Positions 9,348 to 17,900 of a stretch of DNA of 34,103 nt are shown here, piece after piece. The translations under genes were made by a program, and so were the position numbers. The notes below the pieces were generated by a model. That model had not been told where the DNA came from. It saw only the letters and a program-made list of their open reading frames with translations, and made no database searches. How positions within the stretch are numbered: position 1 is the first letter of the stretch; the number at the start of each line of letters is the position of its first letter. The stretch lies in the sequence record SRR20825006_693; one strand, given 5' to 3'.

Positions 9348-9417
9348 TTTTTTGTTTCTGATTAGTAAAGGAAAGCGGCTTGATTGTACAGTACACCGCG
9401 AGACAAATGGTTTTGTC

Positions 9418-10098
9418 TTAAATACTTAAACTAATCGGAGAACCTTTGTTGAAGTAGTTTTGATACTGAAAGGCATCAAAGAAGAACTTTTGGTTGGTGA
9501 TTGGTTGCGTCCCTCTAAAGTGTATGCGTAATAGCAGTTTTTTGATCAAATATGGAAGTTGCCCGCGATCTAAAAGTGCAGCAACATCAAAAACCGAATC
9601 TAAGTCGTGCAGCACCTCAAGTATTGTAGCCTGAATTTTCTGCTCACGTACTTTCCTCAGAATGATTTGCGTGAGTTTTGAAGTCTGCCAAGGGAGTTCC
9701 AAAAGCGCTTGTGCATTAAAATGCGCTTTGTTCAGTCCCATTAAATAAAACCCACCATCAACGGAAGGTCCGATGACCATTGGGCAATTTTGCAATTCGC
9801 TTGCGGCCGTAAGTAAATGCTGCTTAGTTAAATGCGGACTGTCATTCCCAATACTGATCACATTGTCATAGCCCAGGTCATAAATTTCTGTAAAGGCTTG
9901 TGTATAGCGTTCAGCAAACGTGGCCCCTTTTTGATTTTTTTCAGAATAAATGTAAAAGGGGAGTCCGCTTTGTTTTACCGTTTTTAAAGTCTGCCGGTTG
10001 AGCGCTTCAAAGAGTTGCACGCCGTTGTGCATCGACTTGTGTCGTGCATCTTCTTCCGCAGAGCGGGCAAAAATTAATATGGCGGTAGTAGTCTTCAA
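9418..10098 (-). CDS. DUF2064 / CofC-like GT-A-fold protein (second, divergent paralog)
   Basis: TTG start; AILIFAR, QKGATFAER, IGNDSP, GPSVDGGFYLMG, LPWQT, DLD; C-terminal tail ending NKGSPISLSI. Confidence 0.8.
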   Translation of the reverse strand: MKTTTAILIFARSAEEDARHKSMHNGVQLFEALNRQTLKTVKQSGLPFYIYSEKNQKGATFAERYTQAFTEIYDLGYDNVISIGNDSPHLTKQHLLTAASELQNCPMVIGPSVDGGFYLMGLNKAHFNAQALLELPWQTSKLTQIILRKVREQKIQATILEVLHDLDSVFDVAALLDRGQLPYLIKKLLLRIHFRGTQPITNQKFFFDAFQYQNYFNKGSPISLSI

Positions 10099-10139
10099 TA
10101 AGGCGGTAAACGCAACGCGTGCTTCTGGTTATTTTGAGA

Positions 10140-11207
10140 TTAGGCTACAGTTCCCTGGCAGCTGCTTCCTGCGCCGGCAGTACAGCCGTAGCAATGCTGA
10201 GAAATGATAATGTTTCGATCGTTAAGCACATCTTCATTATATTCTGAAATATGCTTCACTTTTGAATTCACTTTAAGATCCAGCATCTGATTGAAATCAC
10301 AATCGTACAGCCAGCCGTCCCAACTTATCGAGATCGTATTGGTACACATTACATTCGCCACCGCAGCCGGATTGTAAGCTTCAACAAGTTGGTACATATA
10401 ATCCTCGTAGTTTTCTGAAGCGATCAAGTAATCCAGAAAACGTGCGATAGGAAGGTTGGTAATTGCAAACAGATTATGAAACTGAATACCGAAATCTTCC
10501 ATCAGAGCCTTTTTGAAATCCTTTTCCATTCCTGCTTGATCAGAAGGGAGGTAAGCGCCGTTAGGATTATACACAAGGTCTAAGCGTAAGTCGCTATCTG
10601 GCATTCCGTAACCTACGGCATTTAATTCCTGTAAAGCTTTAATTGACTTGTTAAATACACCTTCACCACGTTGCTTATCGGTTTTACCACGTGTCCAGTG
10701 CGGCATCGAGCTCACCACGTGTACATTGTGTTTCTTGAAAAATTCCGGTAGATCGTAGTATTTCTTATTGGCGCGAATGATCGTTAGGTTACTGCGTACA
10801 ATAAAATCTTTAATCCCTGCTTTACTCGCTTCTTCTACAAAACGTCTGAAATTAGGATTCATTTCAGGAGCACCACCGGTAAGATCCAGTGTATGTGCGC
10901 CAGTGTTTTTGATCACTTCCAGACACTGCTCCATGGTTTCCCAAGTCATTATTTCTTTACGATCGGGACCGGCATCTACGTGACAATGCTCACACACCTG
11001 ATTACACATATATCCCACATTGATCTGAAGGATTTCCAGTTTTTTAGGTCGTAACGGAAATTGATTGGTCTCTTTGATCTTTTTGGCAAACGTAGGAAGT
11101 TCGCCATCGGCAAAAATTCCACCGGATAAAACCTCAAGCTGTTTATTGGCTTGAGCGAGATCGTCGTGACGTTTATGTAGGGATTTTTTTGTTTGAGTTG
11201 CAGGCAT
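10140..11207 (-). CDS. arsS: Arsenosugar biosynthesis radical SAM protein ArsS (Cys form)
   Basis: CNQVCEHC (CxxxCxxC), DLTGGAPEMNP, VRSNLT, QRGEGVF; Cys-rich C-terminus DCDFNQML...HCYGCTAGAGSSCQG. Confidence 0.92.
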   Translation of the reverse strand: MPATQTKKSLHKRHDDLAQANKQLEVLSGGIFADGELPTFAKKIKETNQFPLRPKKLEILQINVGYMCNQVCEHCHVDAGPDRKEIMTWETMEQCLEVIKNTGAHTLDLTGGAPEMNPNFRRFVEEASKAGIKDFIVRSNLTIIRANKKYYDLPEFFKKHNVHVVSSMPHWTRGKTDKQRGEGVFNKSIKALQELNAVGYGMPDSDLRLDLVYNPNGAYLPSDQAGMEKDFKKALMEDFGIQFHNLFAITNLPIARFLDYLIASENYEDYMYQLVEAYNPAAVANVMCTNTISISWDGWLYDCDFNQMLDLKVNSKVKHISEYNEDVLNDRNIIISQHCYGCTAGAGSSCQGTVA

Positions 11208-11277
11208 AAAAGCGTTTGTTTTTCTTTTTCAGTAGTGACTAAGATAGGACTAAGTTGCTAGAATATAGCCTTTAGTG

Positions 11278-11616
11278 CTACATTTCTAGCTTATTCACTT
11301 TATTCATCATCATCGTACCGTGTACGAGGGTAGCACCGCTCTTGATCGCAGCACCTACGTGAATGGCTTCCATCATTTGTTCTTTGGTCACGCCGCGTTG
11401 CAAGGTGTCTTTGGTGTACGCGTCGATGCAATACGGGCATTGTTCAGTATGCGCAACAGCAAGGGCGATAAGCGCCTTCTCTCGTGCAGTAAGCGCACCT
11501 TCTTCGAAAACTTTTCCGTAGTAATCAAAGAATTTTGTACCCAATTCCTCGCTCCATTCGGTGATCTTACCAAATTTTCTCAGGTCTGCCGGATCGTAAT
11601 AATTGTTGTTAGCCAT
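11278..11616 (-). CDS. AhpD/carboxymuconolactone decarboxylase-like CxxC protein (arsenosugar-associated peroxidase-like)
   Basis: EGALTAREKALIALAVAHTEQCPYCID; directly upstream of arsS. Confidence 0.88.
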   Translation of the reverse strand: MANNNYYDPADLRKFGKITEWSEELGTKFFDYYGKVFEEGALTAREKALIALAVAHTEQCPYCIDAYTKDTLQRGVTKEQMMEAIHVGAAIKSGATLVHGTMMMNKVNKLEM

Positions 11617-11647
11617 GATGATTTGTTGTTTTGAGTTATAAAAAGCA

Positions 11648-11665
11648 TAACTACACGAGTAGTTA
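11648..11665. promoter_or_regulatory. Inverted repeat TAACTAC-ACGA-GTAGTTA (operator or RNA hairpin)
   Basis: Perfect 7-bp arms in the PNP / AhpD-like intergenic region. Confidence 0.45.
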
Positions 11666-11706
11666 CGGAGATAATTGTGTTGTGGTTTTTTTAATGTGGA
11701 AAAACC

Positions 11707-12519
11707 CTAAAGTTTTTCAATAAGCTGCGTAAAAAGTTTAACCATATCAGGTTCTGCTTTTCCGGCGGCAGCCATAATATCTTGAATGTCTACAGGTGCT
11801 AGATTTTCTGGATCGCACTCATCGGTAATTACCGAGACAGCAGCAACCGGCAAATCGAGGTGGTTGGCGACAATCACTTCTGGAACGGTACTCATCCCAA
11901 CCGTGTCAGAGCCAATGATTTTAAGAAATCTATATTCGGCGCGGGTTTCTAGCTGTGGACCAACTACTGAAGCATAAACACCTTCGTGTAACGTGATTCC
12001 TTCGGTCTTTGCGATATCTTTAAGAATGTTGCGCATAGGTATGTCGTATGGTTCGCTCATATCAGTAAAACGTGAACCTAATTGTTCAACCCCTTTAAAC
12101 GCAAGGGGAGAGCCACCTTGCAAGTTGATGTGATCTTCAATAAGCATAATCTCGCCTTTTTTAAAGTTGAGGTTGATCGCGCCGGCTGCATTACTGATGA
12201 GTAGTTTTTTAATACCAAGTTCGTTCATAACACGCACCGGATAGCTTACATCGCGTAACGTGTAGCCTTCATAAATATGAAAACGACCTTGCATCACGAT
12301 CACTTTTTTTCCGCCTAAAGTTCCGTAGATCAGTTTTCCGGTATGGAATTCAACCGTGGCGGTTGGGAAGTTAGGAATGTGGTTGTAGCTCACCGAACTG
12401 ATGATCTCAACTTTATCTACAAATTGACCAAGACCGGTACCTAAAATAATACCGATTTCCGGAGCTTCAAAACCGCGCTCTTTTAAGAACTGCGCAGATT
12501 CTTCAATAAATTTTTTCAT
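11707..12519 (-). CDS. Trimeric-class purine nucleoside phosphorylase, predicted adenine-nucleoside specificity
   Basis: GIILGTGLG, MQGRFHIYEGY, SNAAG, GPQLETRAE, VGMSTVPE; SVITDEC where 6-oxopurine PNPs have SxITN. Confidence 0.93.
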   Translation of the reverse strand: MKKFIEESAQFLKERGFEAPEIGIILGTGLGQFVDKVEIISSVSYNHIPNFPTATVEFHTGKLIYGTLGGKKVIVMQGRFHIYEGYTLRDVSYPVRVMNELGIKKLLISNAAGAINLNFKKGEIMLIEDHINLQGGSPLAFKGVEQLGSRFTDMSEPYDIPMRNILKDIAKTEGITLHEGVYASVVGPQLETRAEYRFLKIIGSDTVGMSTVPEVIVANHLDLPVAAVSVITDECDPENLAPVDIQDIMAAAGKAEPDMVKLFTQLIEKL

Positions 12520-12525
12520 GGATTT

Positions 12526-13206
12526 TTATTTCAAATGTTCTGGTAAAAAAGGCTTGAAGGCCTCAATACCTTTTATGTCTTCGTAATAGTCTACATCATT
12601 ACGGGTTTCGAGCAATTTAACAGATTCTGAGCTTAAATCGGCAAGCGTGTCTTTAAGAACGGTTTCGGTGCCCCAAGTTTTATTGCTGAAAAGTTCTGGC
12701 TTTAAGAAGGTCATTCCGAGCAAATAATACCCGCCATCTTCAGCCGGACCAACAACAAAATCGTGCTCATCAAGCGATGCAAATGCTTCTTCTAGATCTT
12801 TTTGAGAAAGGTCATACATATCGCTACCAATGATGATCGCTTTTTTATAGCCGCTGGCAAAAGCTCCTGAAAACGCCTTTTGCATTCGAGCTCCCAGATC
12901 ATTACCGTGCTGTAGTTTTTTAGTAAACCTGTTTTCATCCCAATAATCTGAAGCACGTATTTTTTCAGAATAAAAAACCTGTTTATCTACGCTCAAATTT
13001 TGGGTAATGCTAACCGTGTGTCGAAGCAAAAACTTGTAGATATCAAGCGCAGCAACATCACCCACACCGCCTGCAAGTCTGGTTTTTACTTTACCCAATT
13101 CGGGATTGCGGGTAAAGATTAAAAGGGCTTTATCTGAGGTAGGGAAATGAAATTCTGTCTCGAAATCTTTTTCAGAATCGGTGTCTTTTTTACTTAATAG
13201 ACCCAT
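12526..13206 (-). CDS. DUF2064 / CofC-like transferase (arsenosugar-associated 'glycosyltransferase', TIGR04282-type by recollection)
   Basis: LLIFTRNPELGKVKTRLA, QHGNDLGARM, IIGSD, GPAEDGGYYLLG, WGT, DVD. Confidence 0.88.
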   Translation of the reverse strand: MGLLSKKDTDSEKDFETEFHFPTSDKALLIFTRNPELGKVKTRLAGGVGDVAALDIYKFLLRHTVSITQNLSVDKQVFYSEKIRASDYWDENRFTKKLQHGNDLGARMQKAFSGAFASGYKKAIIIGSDMYDLSQKDLEEAFASLDEHDFVVGPAEDGGYYLLGMTFLKPELFSNKTWGTETVLKDTLADLSSESVKLLETRNDVDYYEDIKGIEAFKPFLPEHLK

Positions 13207-13235
13207 TAGATGTTGTTAATTGATAAAAGTCAAAT

Positions 13236-13721
13236 TTAATGAACCGCAATTCCCGTACTTAAATAATCTTCCCAATTTTTTGAAAAGGTGTGCACTTTTT
13301 GAGTGCTTTTGCCTTTAGTATCTACAATTTTGAAGCCTGCATCTTTCCAAGCAAAAATTCCGCCGTAGAGATTATAAGCGGTTTTGCCGGTTTTGCGTTC
13401 AAGCTTTTCGCCAAAATCTTCGCTACGAATGCCCACGGTACAATACACTACAATTGGCTTTTTCTTATTTGATATGGAATCTAAAAATGCATCTTGAGGT
13501 CTTTCTCCAACCCAGATCGCTGACGGAAGATGGCTTACGGCAAACTCTTCTCTTTTACGGGTGTCTAGAATGGTATAGGCGTCAGTATTCATTTTCAGCT
13601 CTTGCACAGAAATATAAGGAACGCTTCGGGTGTTGTAGGTTTCCAGAAGTTTATCAATAGATTTTTTCTGGCAGAAGCCAAAAAGAGGAAGTAGAAGAGC
13701 GAGAAGCAGGTGAAATTTCAT
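13236..13721 (-). CDS. Rhodanese-like domain protein with N-terminal signal peptide
   Basis: Hydrophobic N-terminus MKFHLLLALLLPLFGFCQ; LDTR..EEFAVSHLPSA, active-site loop YCTVGIRS, NLYGGIFAW. Confidence 0.88.
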   Translation of the reverse strand: MKFHLLLALLLPLFGFCQKKSIDKLLETYNTRSVPYISVQELKMNTDAYTILDTRKREEFAVSHLPSAIWVGERPQDAFLDSISNKKKPIVVYCTVGIRSEDFGEKLERKTGKTAYNLYGGIFAWKDAGFKIVDTKGKSTQKVHTFSKNWEDYLSTGIAVH

Positions 13722-13903
13722 TCAAGAGTATTAATAAGGCAGTTTCTTAGTTCTGGTAAAACTTACGAAGAAACGCTTTTTTTGGTTTGATTTTAAAGGA
13801 ATCGATAAGCACGTGAATTACAGCACGCTTTAAAAGAGGGTGGTAATTCCGTGACGTTTCCCTTTAGTATTTCATATATTTAGCTATAAAAAACAACGTT
13901 CCT

Positions 13904-14914
13904 TTGATAACAATAAAACCCTTTGATACCACGCAAGACGGTCATCCCGTTTTAAGTGTAAAACTGAAAAACTCCTCAGGGATGGAAGCACATTTCATCA
14001 CCTATGGCGCCATACTACAACGATTAATTGTTCCGGACGCCGGCGGATTTACCGATGTGGTTTTGGGATATAATGACTTGCATTCTTATGAAGAAGATAC
14101 CTTTTTTATGGGGCAATTGGTGGGTCGAAGCGCAAACCGAATTGCCAATGCAACCGTGAGCCTTGACGGGAAAAAAGTTGCGTTGAGTGCTAACGAAGGC
14201 ACAAATCATCTTCACGGTGGTTTTGAAGGTTTCGGAAAGAAAATTTGGGAAGTTGCTGAGCTGGAAGATGAGGTGGTTTTTTCTTATTTGAGTAAAGACG
14301 GTGAAGAAGGCTATCCCGGGAATTTAGAGACCAAAATGTTTGTCAAACTAACTGAAGAGAATGCGCTAGAAATGCGTCTCGAAGCCACAACCGATAAAGA
14401 AACTATTGTAAATCTTACCCGTCACGAATATTTCAATTTAAACCCGTCAAGTGGGGAAGGCATTGCAAAGCATCAACTATTGATTAACGGAGAAGGGATT
14501 TTACCCAAAACAGAGCAGAACGTTCCTGACGGAAGCGTAAAACCGGTTGAGAATACACCTTTTGATCTGCGTGAACTTCGCTTTTTGGAACAGCCACTGG
14601 CTCAACTTGAAGGCGGCTACGATCATAATTATATTTTAGAAAAATACAGTAAAGATGTTCCGGCTGCTGTACTTGCAGCACCTTCGGGAATACCTAAAAT
14701 GGAATTGTACTGCACCCAACCCGGGATACAGTTTTATAGCGCTAACGGAATTGAAAAGATAGAGAACAAGACAGGGACGATTCAAGGGCCTTCGCCAGCC
14801 CTGTGTTTAGAACCACAGTTTTTTCCAGATACGCCCAACCATCCCAATTTTCCGTCAACGGTTTTAAAACCGGGAGAACAGTATAAGCATACCATCACGT
14901 ATAAATTTTTATAA
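13904..14914 (+). CDS. galM: Aldose 1-epimerase (galactose mutarotase)
   Basis: TTG start; GRSANRI, NHLHGG, EEGYPG, NLTRHEYFNL, YDHNY, QPGIQFYS, LCLEPQFFPD. Confidence 0.93.
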   Translation: MITIKPFDTTQDGHPVLSVKLKNSSGMEAHFITYGAILQRLIVPDAGGFTDVVLGYNDLHSYEEDTFFMGQLVGRSANRIANATVSLDGKKVALSANEGTNHLHGGFEGFGKKIWEVAELEDEVVFSYLSKDGEEGYPGNLETKMFVKLTEENALEMRLEATTDKETIVNLTRHEYFNLNPSSGEGIAKHQLLINGEGILPKTEQNVPDGSVKPVENTPFDLRELRFLEQPLAQLEGGYDHNYILEKYSKDVPAAVLAAPSGIPKMELYCTQPGIQFYSANGIEKIENKTGTIQGPSPALCLEPQFFPDTPNHPNFPSTVLKPGEQYKHTITYKFL

Positions 14915-17900
14915 ATGGAAACTTCATATATCATCGCTTTTGATCAGGGCACAACCAGTACTCGGGCCATTTTATTTGATGAGCACGGTAAGGTTGTCGC
15001 TATTTCGCAAAAGGAATTGAAACAATATTATCCACAGTCAGGTTGGGTAGAACACGATCCGGAAATGATTTTTAATGATCAAAAGGAAGTTTTTGAGGCG
15101 GTGGTGCAAAAAGCAAAAGTTCCGCTTGCTGCTATAAAAGGAATTGGAATCACCAATCAGCGTGAGACTACCATCGTTTGGGACAAGAAAACGGGAAAAC
15201 CGGTTTATAATGCGATTTGCTGGTTAGATAAACGTACCGAAGCGATTTGCGAAGGTTTACGAGAGCGCGGCCTTTCAAGATATATTCTTAAAAATACCGG
15301 GCTGGTAATTGACAGTTATTTTTCGGCAACTAAAATAAAGTGGATTCTTGATAATGTAGAAGGAGCGCGTGAAAAAGCCGAAGCTGGTGATCTGCTCTTT
15401 GGTACGGTAGATAGCTGGTTGATCTACAAGTTCACCGGCAAGCACCGTACAGATCATACTAACGCGTGCCGAACCATGCTGTACAATATTAAAGATATGG
15501 CTTGGGATCAGGAGTTGCTTGAGGAATTGACTATTCCGAAAAAAATGTTGCCTAAAGTGCAACCTTCATCTTCAGATTTTGGGACGATAACGTATCAGGA
15601 ATTTGATTTTCCTATTTATGGAGTTGCCGGTGATCAACAAGCAGCGCTTTTTGGGCAAGGCGGTTACAAATCAGGAATGGCAAAAAACACCTATGGAACT
15701 GGTTGTTTTATGCTTTTGAACACCGGAAAAAAACCTTCCTTTTCTAAAAACGGACTCATAACAACCTTATGCTGCACGCTCGAAGATAAAAAGCCAAAAT
15801 ATGCTCTAGAAGGAAGTGTATTTGTGGGAGGAGCTTCAATCCAATGGTTGCGGGATCAGGTAGGAATTATTGAGAATGCTGAAGAAACTAATGCGATTTG
15901 TCAAAGCATTCCGCCGCTTGAAGATCTGTTTTTTGTTCCTGCATTCAACGGTCTTGGAGCTCCATATTGGGACGGAAATGCGAAAGGAAGCATTCAAGGA
16001 TTGACCTTTTCAACAGGTCGCAAAGAACTAGTGAAAGCTACGGTTGAAGCGCTTGCATATCAAGTAACCGACTTGATCAAAGCGATGGAAGAAGACAGCG
16101 GCAAACAAATAAAGACCCTAAAGGTTGATGGTGGTGCTTGTGCTAATGATTACTTGATGCAATTTCAAGCAGATCTTTTAGATGCGCAGGTAGATCGCCC
16201 AGAAATGCTTGAAGTTACCGCCTGGGGTGCAGCTTTATTAGCGGGAATTAAAGTGGGTATTTGGACCCAAAAAGACATTGCTACATTGCGCAGCGCTGAT
16301 CAGGTTTTTGAACCTGAAATGGATGTAAGAACGCGTAACCACAAGCAAGAAGGCTGGGAGCTTGCGGTGATGCGCACACGCTCTGGTTATGCAGAAACCA
16401 TCGAGAAAGAAAAAGAACCTTTACGTTTTAGCGTGCGTGACCGTAAGCGTTACATCAAAAAAGCGAAGAAGAAAAAATTTGATTTAGTCATCATTGGTGG
16501 CGGAGTTACCGGAGCTGGGATCGCGCTCGATGCAGCGACCCGCGGTATGAGCGTTTGCCTGATCGAGAAAAATGATTTTGCCTCAGGAACCAGTAATAAA
16601 AGTACCAAATTGGTCCACGGTGGTTTGCGCTATTTAAAACAGATGGAAATCGGTCTGGTAAAAGAATCAGGAACCGAGCGCGCTATCGTGCATAAGTTAG
16701 CGCCGCATCTTGTGGTGCCCGAGAAAATGCTCCTTCCGCTTATTGAAGGTGGGCAGTATGGTAAGTTTTTAACCTCTATAGGGCTGAAAGTTTATGACCT
16801 GCTGGCCAATGTAGATGACGAAGATAAACGCCGTATGTTGACCAAAGAAGAGACGCTTGAGCGCGAACCCATTCTTGATGAGAGCACTTTGCTAGGTGGT
16901 GGTTTTTATGCGGAATATAGGACTGACGATGCTCGTCTCACCATTGAGTTGATGAAAAAAGCCGCCGGTTTTGGTGCGATTTGCCTCAACTACTGCGAGA
17001 TGGAAGATTTTGTGTACAACTACAAAGGCAAGATTACCGCGGTAAACTGCAAAGATCACAACACAGGAAAAACCTTTGAAGTAGAAGGAAGAACGTTTGT
17101 TTCTGCCACCGGCCCCTGGGTTGATAAGCTTCGGAAGAAAGATGAGTCGATGAACAACAAACATTTGCATTTGACTAAAGGGGTGCATTTGGTCTTTCCG
17201 AAGGAAAAATTACCCGTACATCAATCGCTCTATTTTGATGTGCCAGACGGACGTATGATTTTTGCGATTCCGCGAGGTAGAGTGACCTATGTGGGAACCA
17301 CAGATACCAATTACTCCGGAAGTTTAGATCGTGTGGTGGCAACTAAAGCTGATATTAAATATTTGCTTGATGCCGTAAACGGAACCTTCCCTGACATCAA
17401 TTTGACCGAAGAAGATATCGAATCGAGCTGGGCAGGACTTCGACCACTCATTCACGAGGATGAGAAAGATCCTTCAGAATTATCGCGAAAGGATGAGACA
17501 TTTATTAGTAAAAGTGGCTTGATCTCTATTGCCGGCGGAAAACTTACCGGATACCGTAAAATGGCCCAACGTGTAAACGAAACAGTAAGCAAGCGACTTA
17601 AAGAGAAATTTGGTAAAACCTATGATGAGTCGCGCACTCAGCATATTGCCTTAACTTCTCACGCAATGCGGAATACCCAAGAGGTAGAAGATTATCAAAA
17701 CTACTTGGAGCAGGAATTAGATTTTATGCAAATTGATAACGCCGCTTTTAAAGCCTGGTATTTGGTCTCTACTTATGGAAAGCAAACGGATATCATCAAA
17801 AATAAGATCAATTATTTTAGAGATGCAGACGTAAATGATAGACTACTGCGCGCTGAATTGTGGTACAGTGTTAATTATGAAATGACCAACAGCCTGGCAG

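Noticed and set aside
1473-11616. Selenocysteine recoding in ArsS, ArsM or the AhpD-like protein
   Set aside because: All three end in TAA or TAG with complete C-terminal motifs and have no in-frame TGA.
1473-13721. Classical arsenic-resistance operon or polysaccharide utilisation locus
   Set aside because: No ArsR, ArsC, Acr3/ArsB or ArsP, and no glycoside hydrolase, lyase, sulfatase or PUL regulator in the cluster.
16370-16480. glpK-glpD fusion as a simple lost-stop artefact
   Set aside because: The junction is a short protein-like charged linker with no Met start for a separate GlpD; considered unlikely but not excluded without reads.
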